Source: Pseudomonadales bacterium (GTDB lineage: Bacteria > Pseudomonadota > Gammaproteobacteria > Pseudomonadales > UBA5862). Taken from it: DNA of 64,000 nt. The notes below the pieces were generated by a model that saw nothing but the letters and a program-made list of their open reading frames with translations, was not told the origin of the DNA and ran no database searches. The DNA is taken from NCBI GenBank assembly GCA_024234215.1, contig JACKOQ010000001.1, positions 671,674 through 735,673 of the forward strand, in the 5' to 3' direction. Numbering within the stretch: position 1 is the first letter of the stretch; every line of letters begins with the position of its first letter. Of the stretch, positions 29,622 to 39,853 are shown piece by piece. The position numbers and the translations under genes are program-made.

Positions 29622-31522
29622 AGGCTGTTCGATTCGGCTGACCAGCAGGTGCGGTCGCGCCCTTCGTTTTTGGCACGGTAGAGTGCCTCGTCGGCTTGGC
29701 GCACGATCAGATCGGGCGTGATGCTGCTGTCGATTTTCAGCGATGCGACGCCGATGCTGACGGTCAGCCAGATCGGCTGCTCCTGCCAGACGACGGCCTC
29801 CGCCTTCACCTGCTCCCTGATCCGCTCGGCGATCTGCAGCGCGCCGGTCAGCGCCGTGCTGGGCAGCAGCACGGCGAACTCCTCTCCGCCATAGCGCGAG
29901 ACCAGGTCGGAGGGGCGTGCCACCGCCGAACAGATGCGCTGCGCAAGCTGCCGCAGACATTCGTCGCCGGCCGGGTGCCCCAGCTGATCGTTGATGCGCT
30001 TGAAGTGGTCGGCATCGATCAGCAGCAGCGACAGCGGCGTCTGCTCACGCAGGGCGCGGCGCCACTCCGAATGGTAGATCTGATCGAAATAGCGGCGGTT
30101 CTTCAGGCCGGTGAGGCTGTCGACCGTCGACAGCAGTTGCAGTTGGGCGTTGGCATGTTCGAGCTTCTTGAGGGCCACATTGAGGTCGTGCGTGCGCCGG
30201 GCCACATTCTGCTCCAGCTCGGCACTGGCCTGGCGCATGATGTCGAGGCTGTGCTGCTGCTCCCGCACCAGTTGTTGCTCATGGTGCAGCGCCTCCTGCT
30301 GTGCTGCCAGTTTGCTGCGCCGCTCTTCGTTGAGACGGGCGGTGAGGGCGAAGGAGAGCATGATGATCAGCCCGGCCAGGCCCACCTCGATGGCATTTTC
30401 GGCATTGGGCAGCGGTGGCAGCCAGCCCAGGCGGCTGAGCACGAACACGAGCACGCAGAGCAGGAACAGCGTCCAGCCGAGGATGAAGTAACGAATCGAC
30501 CGGTTGCCGCGAAACAGCTCCAGCAGCGAGATCACAAAGGTGATGCCAAAGCTGTAGAGCAGCAGTGCACCGAGCAGCCCCATGCGCGGCTGTGGCGGCA
30601 GCAGTGGGGAGGCCACCATGTACAGCAGACTCATCCAGACGGCCAGCGTGAGCAGCAACGGACGCAGTTGGCGCCAACCCCTCATCCGCAACAGATGGCC
30701 AGCGAATTTGCCGAGCGTCAGGCATGCAATCGGCACGAGAAAGAAGATCGCCTGCTCCTGCCATTCGATGGCGTTCGGCCAGAGGTATTGAAAACCGAAG
30801 CCATGAATGGTGAGGACGGTGAGCGCGCTGGAGAGCGAGAACAGCGCAAAGTAGAGGTGTGACCGTTCCCGCGTCCAGGCAAAGATGAACAGGTAATAGA
30901 GCGAGAACAGCATCAACATGCCATGGAAGAAGCCATAGCCGAGCAGCAGCGGCTGATCTTTTTTCCAGAATTGATCGGGTTGCCACAGGTGCAGCCCCAG
31001 GTTCATGGTGCTGCTGCTCTCGACGCGCAGCCAGATTTCGTAGCGACCTTCGGCTTCCAGATCGAGCGGAAAGAGCAGGTGGCGGTGCGCACGGGGACGC
31101 TGGACAAAGGGGTAGTGGTCGCCGGTGATGAAATGCGCCAGCACCCGGCCATTTCGCACCAGATGGAAGTCGACCTGGTCCAGCAGCGGGTTGCTCATCT
31201 CCAGCAGCCACTGAGTGGTGCGCGCCCGCTGCTCGATGGGCAGGCGCAGCCAGATCGCATCGCGGGTCAAGCCGAAATTGGGAGGCGAAGATGCGGTGAG
31301 CTGTTGCCACTGGCCGTGTGCCGTGCCCTGCAACAGTTCATTGATGGAGAATCTGTGCCGGGGGTCGCGCAACACCTGCAGAGAGCCCGTGACCGGGTAG
31401 TCGCGCACTTCGGGATCCAGTTGCAGGAGTTCGGCCTGGAGTGAAAGCGCATGCAGGACCAGCCACCCCGCCAGCACGACCAGCAGTCTTTTGAGCAGAA
31501 GGTGATGAGCGGTGCTGTTCAT
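29612..31522 (-). CDS. Diguanylate cyclase with periplasmic 7TMR-DISMED2-like sensor, 7TM region and GGDEF domain
   Basis: Signal/TM segment, then a periplasmic domain, then seven predicted TM helices, a coiled-coil linker and a GGDEF domain. The active site RYGGEEF is intact and has an RPSD I-site 5 residues upstream. The start is set at ATG 31522 ([10 protein letters not shown]...). Confidence 0.9.
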   Translation of the reverse strand: MNSTAHHLLLKRLLVVLAGWLVLHALSLQAELLQLDPEVRDYPVTGSLQVLRDPRHRFSINELLQGTAHGQWQQLTASSPPNFGLTRDAIWLRLPIEQRARTTQWLLEMSNPLLDQVDFHLVRNGRVLAHFITGDHYPFVQRPRAHRHLLFPLDLEAEGRYEIWLRVESSSTMNLGLHLWQPDQFWKKDQPLLLGYGFFHGMLMLFSLYYLFIFAWTRERSHLYFALFSLSSALTVLTIHGFGFQYLWPNAIEWQEQAIFFLVPIACLTLGKFAGHLLRMRGWRQLRPLLLTLAVWMSLLYMVASPLLPPQPRMGLLGALLLYSFGITFVISLLELFRGNRSIRYFILGWTLFLLCVLVFVLSRLGWLPPLPNAENAIEVGLAGLIIMLSFALTARLNEERRSKLAAQQEALHHEQQLVREQQHSLDIMRQASAELEQNVARRTHDLNVALKKLEHANAQLQLLSTVDSLTGLKNRRYFDQIYHSEWRRALREQTPLSLLLIDADHFKRINDQLGHPAGDECLRQLAQRICSAVARPSDLVSRYGGEEFAVLLPSTALTGALQIAERIREQVKAEAVVWQEQPIWLTVSIGVASLKIDSSITPDLIVRQADEALYRAKNEGRDRTCWSAESNSLQP

Positions 31523-31724
31523 GGAGTGTGGCGTCGGCGAACAGGGCGAGGGCACAAAGCCTGATCTGCCATGGGCCGGGCCGACGGGTGCAGCGAAGCA
31601 GAGGCCGCGCCGACGGTTGCGAAGATCGATCTGCTCACGCGGCGGCTCCCCTTCCATGCCAGGATGGCCAGCACGATTGCTGACCAATTTCCTGTTTTTC
31701 AAAGCCTAACACAAGAAAGAACCC

Positions 31725-32801
31725 ATGAAAAAAACAGCAGAAACTGCATCCGTGCCGCCGCCCACCTTGCTGACTTCGCGCATTCTGGCCTGGTATCACG
31801 ACCATGGCCGTCAGCGGTTGCCATGGCGGACCCAGATCACCCCCTATCGGGTCTGGATCGCCGAGATCATGCTGCAACAGACCCAGGTGGCGACGGCAAC
31901 CGGCTACTTCGAACGGTTTCTGGTGGCTTTTCCTGCGCTCGAACATCTGGCTGCGGCACCGCTCGACCAGGTGCTGCATCGCTGGAGCGGTCTTGGCTAC
32001 TACGCGCGGGCGCGCAACCTGCACCGCACTGCCCGATTGCTGGTGGAGCAGCATCAGGGCTGTTTTCCCACCACTGTCGAGCAGCTTGCGGCACTGCCGG
32101 GCATCGGTCGCTCGACAGCGGGTGCGATTCTCAGCATCGCCTTGGGCGTGCGCGCGCCGATTCTCGACGGCAACGTCAAGCGGCTGCTGAGCCGTCTGCA
32201 TGGTGTCGAGGGCTGGTCGGGCGAACGGAGCGTCGAGCAGCGGCTCTGGCAACTGGCCGAGGCACACACTCCGGCAACCGCATTCTCCGACTACACCCAG
32301 GCGGTGATGGACCTTGGTGCCCTGGTCTGCACCCGTGCCCGACCCCACTGCGATGCCTGCCCTGTCGCGCAGCAGTGCGTGGCCCGGCAACAGGGGCGCA
32401 CTGCCGAATTGCCGACGCCCAGGCCACGCCGATCGGTGCCGGTGCGTGAGCTGACCTGGCTGCTGCTGCGCAATGCCAGTCAGTCGCTGCTGCTCGAACA
32501 GCGCCCGGCGACCGGTGTCTGGGGCGGATTGTGGGCCTTTCCCGAGAGCGCGATCGATGTCGACATCGATCACGAGGTGCAGGCGCGCTGGGGCTTCAGC
32601 GTGATGGCCGTGACGCCGCTGCCGCACTTCGAGCATCTCTTCACCCACCTGCGGCTGCGGGTGCGGCCCCAGCTGATCGACGTGGCGCTGGCGGACGATG
32701 CCCTGCTTCATCAGGGAGTGCGCTGGTGTAACATTCAGCAACCATGCCGGGTCGGGCTTGCCGCGCCCGTCACCCGGCTGCTGAGGCAACTGCAACCCTG
32801 A
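31725..32801 (+). CDS. mutY: A/G-specific adenine DNA glycosylase
   Basis: WYHDHGRQRLPWR, YRVWIAEIMLQQTQV, HhH-GPD (LPGIGRSTAGAILSIA), a 4Fe-4S Cys cluster (CTRARPHCDACP) and a NUDIX-like C-terminal domain. Confidence 0.95.
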   Translation: MKKTAETASVPPPTLLTSRILAWYHDHGRQRLPWRTQITPYRVWIAEIMLQQTQVATATGYFERFLVAFPALEHLAAAPLDQVLHRWSGLGYYARARNLHRTARLLVEQHQGCFPTTVEQLAALPGIGRSTAGAILSIALGVRAPILDGNVKRLLSRLHGVEGWSGERSVEQRLWQLAEAHTPATAFSDYTQAVMDLGALVCTRARPHCDACPVAQQCVARQQGRTAELPTPRPRRSVPVRELTWLLLRNASQSLLLEQRPATGVWGGLWAFPESAIDVDIDHEVQARWGFSVMAVTPLPHFEHLFTHLRLRVRPQLIDVALADDALLHQGVRWCNIQQPCRVGLAAPVTRLLRQLQP

Positions 32802-32815
32802 TCGGTGAGGTCCGC

Positions 32816-33088
32816 ATGACGAGAATGGTGTTCTGTCGCAAATACAAGCGCGAAATGGAGGGGCTCGACGCGCCACCCTACCCGGGACCTCGTGGCGAAG
32901 CGATCTACCAGCAGGTGTCGAAGCAGGCGTGGCAGGAGTGGCTGGCGCACCAGACCCGGCTGATCAACGAGCGGCGCCTGAACATGATGGAGAGCGCGTC
33001 ACGCAAATTCCTGCAGGAGGAGATGGAGCGCTTCCTGAGCGGCGAGGCGCTCACCGCGGTTGAGGGCTACGTGCAACCGGAGCGGTAA
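32816..33088 (+). CDS. yggX: Fe(2+)-trafficking / oxidative-damage protection protein YggX
   Basis: MTRMVFCRKYKREMEGLDAPPYPG...WQEWLAHQTRLINE; 90 aa; located directly after mutY, as in many proteobacteria. Confidence 0.9.
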   Translation: MTRMVFCRKYKREMEGLDAPPYPGPRGEAIYQQVSKQAWQEWLAHQTRLINERRLNMMESASRKFLQEEMERFLSGEALTAVEGYVQPER

Positions 33089-33102
33089 CGGCAGCTTTTC
33101 TA

Positions 33103-33131
33103 TTGACCACGGCGGCGTCAGAGGGTTTAAT
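33103..33131 (+). promoter_or_regulatory. Sigma70-type promoter of tRNA-Phe
   Basis: TTGACC (33103-33108), a 17-nt spacer, TTTAAT (33126-33131), then a GC-rich discriminator (TGCCGGCC) just before the tRNA 5' end. Confidence 0.6.
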
Positions 33132-33142
33132 TGCCGGCCTTC

Positions 33143-33218
33143 GCCCAGGTAGCTCAGTCGGTAGAGCAGAGGATTGAAAATCCTCGTGTCGGTGGTTCGA
33201 TTCCGCCCCTGGGCACCA
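33143..33218 (+). tRNA. tRNA-Phe (anticodon GAA)
   Basis: Hand-folded cloverleaf: acceptor GCCCAGG/CCTGGGC, D-arm GCTC-AGTCGGTA-GAGC, anticodon arm GAGGA-TTGAAAA-TCCTC, T-arm GGTGG-TTCGATT-CCGCC, and an encoded CCA. Confidence 0.95.
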
Positions 33219-33227
33219 TCCCAAAAG

Positions 33228-33259
33228 GCTTGCATGGTTCAACACCGGCAAGCTTTTTT
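33228..33259 (+). terminator. Putative terminator after tRNA-Phe
   Basis: GCTTGC ... GCAAGC stem followed by TTTTTT (33254-33259). Confidence 0.5.
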
Positions 33260-33351
33260 GCTTTGTGCAATGCCTGCGTCATCGTGCCGGAGATTCCGGT
33301 TGGATCAGGCTTTCAGCGCAAGGTGAAAAGGCACTGGTCCCATGCAAAGGG

Positions 33352-33380
33352 TTGAGATTGTCAGAGGCAACGACTAGAAT
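33352..33380 (+). promoter_or_regulatory. Sigma70-type promoter of tRNA-Val
   Basis: TTGAGA (33352-33357), a 17-nt spacer, TAGAAT (33375-33380), then a GC-rich discriminator (TCGCGCTCC). The tRNA starts 13 nt downstream. Confidence 0.65.
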
Positions 33381-33392
33381 TCGCGCTCCAAC

Positions 33393-33469
33393 AGGCGCGT
33401 AGCTCAGCTGGTTAGAGCACCACCTTGACATGGTGGGGGTCGTTGGTTCGAGTCCAATCGCGCCTACCA
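33393..33469 (+). tRNA. tRNA-Val (anticodon GAC)
   Basis: Cloverleaf: acceptor AGGCGCG/CGCGCCT, D-arm GCTC-AGCTGGTTA-GAGC, anticodon arm CCACC-TTGACAT-GGTGG, T-arm GTTGG-TTCGAGT-CCAAT, and an encoded CCA. Confidence 0.95.
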
Positions 33470-33503
33470 ATCAGGCAGAGGTCAACCAGATCTGCCGCGA
33501 AGG

Positions 33504-33529
33504 ACCGCCGTCATGGCGGTTTTTCTTTA
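33504..33529 (+). terminator. Terminator after tRNA-Val
   Basis: ACCGCC-gtcat-GGCGGT followed by TTTTTCTTT. Confidence 0.6.
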
Positions 33530-33635
33530 TATCCAAATTCCTGCTCAATCGACGACTGCCGCGGCGGTTGCCGCTTCTGTCCTCTATGCTTGAATCAGTT
33601 CGATCCCTTCTGTTTGTCGACCCCATGGTGGAATC

Positions 33636-34757
33636 ATGAAGTCTGTGCGGCCGCCGGTGCTCTGGACCAATCTGTTGCTGTTTGTCATCACCTCGACGCT
33701 GGCGCTGGTGGCGGTGCCGCTCTATGGGTGGTGGCATGGCTATGATGGTTTCGAGGTGGGGCTCTTTCTGTTTTTTGGCGCCGCGAGTGGCACGGCGATC
33801 ACGGCGGGGTTTCACCGTCTCTGGTCACACCAGGCTTATGAAGCACACCCGCTGCTGCGGCTCTGGTTTGCGCTCTGGGGTGCCGCCGCACTGCAAAACA
33901 GCATTCTCAACTGGGCGTCGGACCACCGTCGTCACCACCGTCATGTCGATGATCCGCAACTCGATCCCTATTCGGCACGGCGCGGGTTCTGGTTCGCGCA
34001 CATCGGCTGGATGTTGCGGGAGTATCGGGCACAGCAGGACGATTTCAGCAATGTAAAGGATTTGCAGAAAGACCCGATCGTGATGTGGCAGCACCGCAAC
34101 TACCTGCTGCTGGTGCTGCTGATGAACGTCGCGCTGCCGGCCCTGATTGGCGTGGTGCATGGCGATCTGCTGGGGTCGCTGCTGCTGGCGGGGGTGCTGC
34201 GGCTGGTGGTGGTGCACCATTTCACCTTCTTCATCAATTCGCTGGCCCATTTCTGGGGGCGCCAACCCTACTCGAGCGACTGCACGGCGCGTGACAACGC
34301 GGTGGTGGCGTTGCTGACCTTTGGCGAGGGCTATCACAACTTCCATCATCAGTTTCAGTGGGACTACCGCAATGGCATCCGCTGGTGGCAGTTCGATCCG
34401 ACCAAATGGCTGATCAGGGTCTGTGCCTGGGTGGGACTGTCGCGCAACCTCAAGCGCTGTTCGCCCGAGAAGATCGAGCAGGCGATTTTGCAGCAACAGT
34501 TCAGGCGCTCATCACAGCAGATCAGCCGGCTGCCCGATGCCGATTCGCACCTGCGCCGCTTGCAGCAGGAGTATGACCGTCTGATCGAGATGGTGCAGGC
34601 GTGGGGCGATTCGCGCCAGCGCTGGGCCGACGCGCGTGCCAATCAGTTGTTGCAGCAGTGGGAGCGGGCGCAGATTCGTCGCAGCTGTCTGGAGCTGCGG
34701 CAGCGGCTGCTTGAACAGCGGCGCGATTGGGAGCTGTTGCTGGCCCGCCTGACCTGA
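33636..34757 (+). CDS. Membrane acyl-CoA/acyl-lipid delta-9-type fatty acid desaturase
   Basis: Three histidine boxes (HRLWSH, HRRHHRHVD, HNFHHQF), N-terminal TM helices, and a Gln/Arg-rich helical C-terminal tail. Confidence 0.9.
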   Translation: MKSVRPPVLWTNLLLFVITSTLALVAVPLYGWWHGYDGFEVGLFLFFGAASGTAITAGFHRLWSHQAYEAHPLLRLWFALWGAAALQNSILNWASDHRRHHRHVDDPQLDPYSARRGFWFAHIGWMLREYRAQQDDFSNVKDLQKDPIVMWQHRNYLLLVLLMNVALPALIGVVHGDLLGSLLLAGVLRLVVVHHFTFFINSLAHFWGRQPYSSDCTARDNAVVALLTFGEGYHNFHHQFQWDYRNGIRWWQFDPTKWLIRVCAWVGLSRNLKRCSPEKIEQAILQQQFRRSSQQISRLPDADSHLRRLQQEYDRLIEMVQAWGDSRQRWADARANQLLQQWERAQIRRSCLELRQRLLEQRRDWELLLARLT

Positions 34758-34774
34758 GGGTGGAACGGACGGTT

Positions 34775-34801
34775 GCCCCGAATGCACCATCCATTCGGGG
34801 C
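34775..34801. terminator. Bidirectional hairpin between the convergent desaturase and fabI genes
   Basis: Perfect 10-bp stem GCCCCGAATG / CATTCGGGGC with a 7-nt loop, lying between the two stop codons. Confidence 0.6.
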
Positions 34802-34816
34802 AGTGCCGTCACCCTC

Positions 34817-35614
34817 TCATGAAGAGGCTTCGTCGATGTCACCCATGGCGGTGATGTTGAAGCCACCATCGACATAGACCACCTCGCCGGTGATGCCGCT
34901 GGCCAATTCCGAACAGAGAAAGGCCGCAGTGTTGCCGACTTCATGGATGGTGACATTGCGCCGCAGCGGGGTGCGCGCCTCGTTGTAGGAGAGCATCTTG
35001 CGAAAATCCTTGATGCCCGAGGCGGCCAGCGTGCGGATCGGTCCGGCCGAAATCGCGTTGACCCGCACGCCCTGTGGTCCCAGGCTGTTGGCGAGGTAGC
35101 GCACCGAGGCTTCGAGGCTGGCTTTGGCCAGGCCCATGACGTTGTAGTTGGGCATGGTGCGCTGCGAGCCGAGATAGGTGAGGGTGAGCAGCGAGCCGTG
35201 GCTCTTCACCAGCATCGGTCGGGCGGCCTTGGCCAGCGCCACGAAGCTGTAGGCGCTGATGTCATGGGCAATGCGGAAACCGTCGCGCGAGGTGACCGCA
35301 AGGTAGTCGCCGTCGAGCTCCTCGCGCGGGGCGAAGCCGACACAGTGCACCAGAATGTCGAGTCCATCCCACACCTTGCCCAGTTCGGTGAAGACGGCGT
35401 CGATTTCATCATCGCTGGCGACATCGCAGGGATAGCAGAGGGTGGAATCCCAGCCTTTGGCAAACTCCTCGACCCGCTCCTTGAGCTTTTCGCCCTGATA
35501 GGTGAAGGCGAGTTCGGCGCCCTCGCGGTGCATCGCTTCGGCAATGCCGTAGGCGATCGAAAGTTTGCTGGCGACTCCGACGATGAGTGCGCGTTTGCCG
35601 GTGAGAAAGCCCAT
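34817..35614 (-). CDS. fabI: Enoyl-[acyl-carrier-protein] reductase (NADH)
   Basis: [25 protein letters not shown], plus the catalytic Tyr/Lys region ([13 protein letters not shown]). Confidence 0.97.
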   Translation of the reverse strand: MGFLTGKRALIVGVASKLSIAYGIAEAMHREGAELAFTYQGEKLKERVEEFAKGWDSTLCYPCDVASDDEIDAVFTELGKVWDGLDILVHCVGFAPREELDGDYLAVTSRDGFRIAHDISAYSFVALAKAARPMLVKSHGSLLTLTYLGSQRTMPNYNVMGLAKASLEASVRYLANSLGPQGVRVNAISAGPIRTLAASGIKDFRKMLSYNEARTPLRRNVTIHEVGNTAAFLCSELASGITGEVVYVDGGFNITAMGDIDEASS

Positions 35615-35736
35615 GGAGGTGTCCTTTGGTTATTGTCGCGTGAGTGGAATGGCCGAACTGGCCGGCGTGATTTCAGCCACTTGTCGCCATTTCAGGAAGT
35701 GCTATTTTAGCAACCATCCCAGAAGGAGCGAAACGA

Positions 35737-36084
35737 ATGAACGATCTGACCCAACAGCAGTGTGAAGCCTGCCGGATCGGCGCCCCCAAGGTGACCGAGG
35801 CCGAGCGGGCCGAGCTGCTGCCGAAGATTCCTGACTGGAAGATCGAGCGCGATGGCCACCTCGACAAGCTGAAGCGCGAGTACCGGTTCGACGACTACCC
35901 GAAGGCGCTCGCCTTCACGCAGCAGATTGGCGAACTGGCCGAGGCGCAGGGGCACCACCCGGCCATTCTGACCGAGTGGGGCAAGGTGACGGTCTGGTGG
36001 TGGTCGCACAAGATCGAAGGGTTGCACCGCAACGACTTCATCATGGCGGCGAAGAGCGACCTCTGTTACGCCACGAAGGGCTGA
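35737..36084 (+). CDS. Pterin-4-alpha-carbinolamine dehydratase (PCD/DCoH family)
   Basis: [35 protein letters not shown]...[12 protein letters not shown]; AGGAG RBS. Confidence 0.88.
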   Translation: MNDLTQQQCEACRIGAPKVTEAERAELLPKIPDWKIERDGHLDKLKREYRFDDYPKALAFTQQIGELAEAQGHHPAILTEWGKVTVWWWSHKIEGLHRNDFIMAAKSDLCYATKG

Positions 36085-36123
36085 GTCGGGTGACTGGCTG
36101 GCGCAGACTCCAGGGAGGAAGAG

Positions 36124-36936
36124 ATGATTGATCTCACTGTAGCGGAACGGTTCATCGAGGCCGGTGGCCATCGGCTCAAATGCACCACGCTCGGGCAGCC
36201 CGATCCGGCCCGTCCGACGCTGGTTTTTCTGCACGAGGGGCTGGGTTCGATCTCGATGTGGAAGGACTATCCGGCGCAGGTGGCCGAGCAGGTCGGACTG
36301 CCGGTGCTGATGTACGACCGCTGGGGGCATGGCGAGTCCGATCCGCTGACCGAGCCGCGCAAGCCGAGTTATCGCCGGGTCGAGGCGCTGGAGGTGCTGC
36401 CCGAGGTGCTGGTGCAGTTTCCGGTCGGGCCAATGATCCTGATCGGGCACAGTGATGGCGGGGCGATGAGTCTGCTCTACGCCGCGTCCCATCCGCAACG
36501 GGTGCTGGGGATCGTCGGCCTGGCACCGCAGGTGGGCAAGCCACGGCAGAGTGCGCCGGTGGCGGCCGGTGCCAGCGGCGCGATGCAGGCGGTCATCAAT
36601 GCCTTCGAAAAGGGCGAGCTGAAGCGCCGTCTCGAACGCTACCATGGCGCCAACACCGAGCGGATGTTCTACGGCTGGGCCAATGCCTGGAGCTCCCCGG
36701 AGTTTGCCGGCTGGCAGATGAGCGAAGAGCTGCGGCAGATTCGCGCACCGGTGGTGGTGATCCAGGGTGACCGTGATCCCTATGGCTATCGCCACAACAT
36801 CGAGGCGCTGGAGCAGGATCTGGCCGCACCGCTCGCCGTGCACATCCATCCCGAAGCGGGCCACATTCCGCACCATGAGGCGCGTGACTTCACCCTCGAA
36901 CACACGGTGCGGGCGATTCGCGCCTTCACCGCCTGA
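36124..36936 (+). CDS. Alpha/beta-fold hydrolase
   Basis: HG oxyanion motif (LVFLHEGLGS), nucleophile elbow GHSDGG, and C-terminal acid/His residues (GDRDPY ... GHIPHHE). Confidence 0.75.
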   Translation: MIDLTVAERFIEAGGHRLKCTTLGQPDPARPTLVFLHEGLGSISMWKDYPAQVAEQVGLPVLMYDRWGHGESDPLTEPRKPSYRRVEALEVLPEVLVQFPVGPMILIGHSDGGAMSLLYAASHPQRVLGIVGLAPQVGKPRQSAPVAAGASGAMQAVINAFEKGELKRRLERYHGANTERMFYGWANAWSSPEFAGWQMSEELRQIRAPVVVIQGDRDPYGYRHNIEALEQDLAAPLAVHIHPEAGHIPHHEARDFTLEHTVRAIRAFTA

Positions 36937-37131
36937 TTCTTCCGATTTCTGCTCGAATCGTGATCCTGCTCGCAAAGCTGGACTAGACTGAAACTGATGC
37001 AGCGTCACTGCTGAAACCACTGTTCCGCGAGGCCATGGCGGTTTCGGGTGTGGCGTGCATCAGGGCGTGAGCGGGGACCTCCCGGCCACTTTGTGGTTTT
37101 CCACTTCCAGTTTCCAGTTTGGAGTCACCCC

Positions 37132-38574
37132 GTGGGTCTGACGGCAGAACTTTCTCCGCTCAAAAGAACAGCAGATCAACCACTCCAGGAGTGGCTCGCA
37201 AAGATCCAGTCGATGAATCTGCCGGTGTTGAATGGGGTGCTGAGCGAAATCAAGGGGCTGGCCAAGAGCGACGATGCGTCGATCTACCAACTCTCCGAGG
37301 TGATCCTGCGCGATCCGAATCTGACCTCCCAGGTGCTGCGCATCGCCAATACCGCGCTCTACAACCCCGCATCGGTGCCGATCAACACGGTCAGCCGTGC
37401 GACGGTCGTGCTCGGCACCGGTGGCATTCTCTCGATCGCCATCTCCGCGCTGGTGGCCGATTCGATGAATAAAGGCGGGCGGCGCGAGCGGCTGATGCAG
37501 TCCTACGGACGCTCATTTCATGCCGCAGTGCAGGCGCGCAACCTGATGACCGAGTTGAAGTCGCACAGCCACAGGGAGGAGATCTTCATTGCCGGGCTGC
37601 TCTGCAACATCGGCGAGCTGACGCTGTGGTGCTGCGACGATCCGCGCATTGATCAGCTCGATCAAAAACTCGCCGAGGGCGCGCAGAGCGTCGAACAGAG
37701 CTGCATGCAGACCCTCGGCGTGCAGTTCAAATCGCTGAGTCGAGGGCTGGCCAAACAGTGGGATCTGGGTGAGGTGCTGCAGGATGCCCTCTCGCCGACG
37801 CCGCGCGGGCGGCAGGCGCAGGCGGTGCTGCTGGGTGAGCAGGTGAGCCGTGCGGTCGAGTCCGGCTGGGATGGACCAGAGCTTGGACGGCTGTTGCCGA
37901 CCCTGTCGAAATTCATGGGCTGCGAGCCCGAGGCAGCGCGTGAGTCGCTGCTCAGAAATGCACAGCAGGCGGCCGAGGTGGTACGGGATTACGGTCTGCC
38001 TCAGGCGGCGCAATGGATTCTGCAGCCGCGTGCCCAGTCTGCCGCGGTGAACAATCCGCTGGGAACGGTGGTGGAGGTGTTTGCCGCCGCCGAGCAGATG
38101 ACCTTCGAGCGGTGCGACATCAATGGCCTGCTGAAGGTGATGGTCGAGGGGATGCACCAGGCGCTGGGGCTCGATCGGGTGGTTCTGGCTGTGCTCAATG
38201 GCCCCCACACCCGTCTGACCGGCAAGTACGCCGCGGGCAGCGGGTGCGAACGGCTGTTCGGGGAGTTTTTGTTTGCGCTCGATGAGGGCAGGAATCTCTT
38301 CACCGAACTGCTGGCCACGCAAAAGCCGATGCTGGTCGACAGCGAACGCAATGCTGAGCAGCGGGCCCTGCTGAGCGAAAAGATGGTTCGCTTGTTCGGT
38401 TCCGGCGCTTTTCTGCTGGCGCCGATCGGGGTCGGGCACCGCCGTTTCGGCCTGTTCTATGCCGACCGCAGCGTCAGTGGCGTGCCACTGACAGCGGCCG
38501 ATCTGGCCGGGTTCCGCCAACTGGCCCAGCACACGACGCTCTGTCTGGGCCATCTGGCTGCCGCGCGCGGCTGA
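37132..38574 (+). CDS. HDOD-domain signalling protein with a C-terminal GAF-like domain
   Basis: HDOD hallmarks (LPVLNGVLSEIKGLAKSDDASIYQLSEVILRDPNLTSQVLRIANTALYN; HREEIFIAGLLCNIGEL). The start is placed at GTG 37132, 7 nt after GGAG. The GAF assignment for the C-terminal half is tentative. Confidence 0.78.
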   Translation: MGLTAELSPLKRTADQPLQEWLAKIQSMNLPVLNGVLSEIKGLAKSDDASIYQLSEVILRDPNLTSQVLRIANTALYNPASVPINTVSRATVVLGTGGILSIAISALVADSMNKGGRRERLMQSYGRSFHAAVQARNLMTELKSHSHREEIFIAGLLCNIGELTLWCCDDPRIDQLDQKLAEGAQSVEQSCMQTLGVQFKSLSRGLAKQWDLGEVLQDALSPTPRGRQAQAVLLGEQVSRAVESGWDGPELGRLLPTLSKFMGCEPEAARESLLRNAQQAAEVVRDYGLPQAAQWILQPRAQSAAVNNPLGTVVEVFAAAEQMTFERCDINGLLKVMVEGMHQALGLDRVVLAVLNGPHTRLTGKYAAGSGCERLFGEFLFALDEGRNLFTELLATQKPMLVDSERNAEQRALLSEKMVRLFGSGAFLLAPIGVGHRRFGLFYADRSVSGVPLTAADLAGFRQLAQHTTLCLGHLAAARG

Positions 38575-38590
38575 TCCATCCCTCTCTTCA

Positions 38591-39568
38591 TCAATTTTCC
38601 GGCGCTGGTTCGCGGGTGGCGATCAGGCTGGCGACCACGCTGGCGCCGATCAGCACCGCCACGATGGCGAGCGACGCCTGCACCGGAACATGGTACCAGG
38701 GGGCGATCAGCATCTTGGTGCCGATGAAGGTGAGCACCATCGCCAGTCCATATTTGAGCAGATGGAAGCGGCTGGCCACATCGGCGATCAGAAAATAGAG
38801 CGCCCGCAACCCCAGAATCGCGAAGATGTTGGAGGTGAAGACGATGAAGGGGTCGGTGGTGATGGCGAAAATGGCCGGAATGGAGTCGACGGCGAACACC
38901 AGGTCCGAGGCCTCGATCAGAATAAGTACCAGGAACAGCGGGGTGAAGTAACGGACCCCGTTCTTGACCACGATGAATTTCTCGCCGTGGTGATCGTCGC
39001 TGATGCGCAGGTGGCGCCGGGCGAAGCGCAGCACTGGATTCTTTTCGAGGTCGGGCGTTCTTTCCGCCATCACCAGCATCCGGATGCCGGTCACCACCAG
39101 CAGCAGACCGAACAGATAGAGTACCCAGGCGAACTCGCGCACCACCCAGGCGCCGGCCAGAATCATTACCGTGCGCATGGCGATGGCGCCAACCACGCCA
39201 TAGATCAGCACACGCCGCTGGTATTCGGCCGCAACGTGAAATGACGAGAAGATCAGCAGGAAGACAAAGACATTGTCGACCGAGAGTGATTTCTCGATCA
39301 GGTAGCCGGTCAGAAACTCCAGCGCCTTGCGGTTGGCGATCTCCGGCCCGACGGTGTCGGTGAGATGCCACCAGAGTCCCAGGTTGAAGAGCAGTGCCAG
39401 GCCGATCCATGCAGCGGACCAGAGCGCGGCCTCCCTGATGCTCACCCGGTGTGCGGTGCGGCCGCCGAACACGAACAGGTCGAGTGCCAGCATCAGCAGC
39501 ACGAAAGCCACGAAGGCTGCCCACATCCAGGGTTCGCCGACCGATACGATGGCTGTCGTGCTGCTCAT
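38591..39568 (-). CDS. TerC-family integral membrane protein
   Basis: EKSLSVDNVFVFLLIF and the repeated ASDLVFAVDSIPAIFAIT motif typical of TerC/Alx proteins; ~9 TM helices. Confidence 0.9.
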   Translation of the reverse strand: MSSTTAIVSVGEPWMWAAFVAFVLLMLALDLFVFGGRTAHRVSIREAALWSAAWIGLALLFNLGLWWHLTDTVGPEIANRKALEFLTGYLIEKSLSVDNVFVFLLIFSSFHVAAEYQRRVLIYGVVGAIAMRTVMILAGAWVVREFAWVLYLFGLLLVVTGIRMLVMAERTPDLEKNPVLRFARRHLRISDDHHGEKFIVVKNGVRYFTPLFLVLILIEASDLVFAVDSIPAIFAITTDPFIVFTSNIFAILGLRALYFLIADVASRFHLLKYGLAMVLTFIGTKMLIAPWYHVPVQASLAIVAVLIGASVVASLIATREPAPEN

Positions 39569-39581
39569 ATGGAGTCTCCCC

Positions 39582-39830
39582 TCAGTCGAACAGTTCGCTC
39601 AGAAAGGATTTGCGCCGCTTGTAGCGCTGCGCGTCGTCATCGTAGGGGCGCTCGTGTCGGGGTGCGGCCTGCTCACGGTCGAAGCCGCGTGGCGAGTCCG
39701 AACGTTCGATCAGCTTGTCCAATTCACCGCGATCGAGCCACACGCCACGGCATTGCGGGCAATAGTCGATCTCGATGCCTTGGCGTTCGCTCAGCAGCAG
39801 ATCAGGTTCCTTGCAGACTGGGCATTTCAT
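39582..39830 (-). CDS. Small zinc-ribbon protein (TFIIB-type zf, 82 aa)
   Basis: MKCPVCK...(16 residues)...CPQCRGVWLDRGELDKL, then a basic/acidic tail. It is the only sensible reading at the 3' end of the long 39582-40769 shadow ORF. Confidence 0.7.
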   Translation of the reverse strand: MKCPVCKEPDLLLSERQGIEIDYCPQCRGVWLDRGELDKLIERSDSPRGFDREQAAPRHERPYDDDAQRYKRRKSFLSELFD

Positions 39831-39853
39831 GCGCTTTCTCCTGGTGGGTGGTT

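Noticed and set aside
33089-33635. Integrated mobile element or integrase next to tRNA-Phe / tRNA-Val.
   Set aside because: Both tRNAs are complete, and each has its own promoter and terminator. The flanking genes (yggX and the desaturase) are housekeeping. No integrase, att-like duplication of a tRNA 3' end or foreign genes are present.
36937-37131. Small tandem/direct repeats (TTCCAGT TTCCAGT; CTGAAAC twice) upstream of the HDOD gene.
   Set aside because: These are only 7-nt units in two copies each, with no dyad symmetry or recognisable promoter context. They are too weak to interpret.
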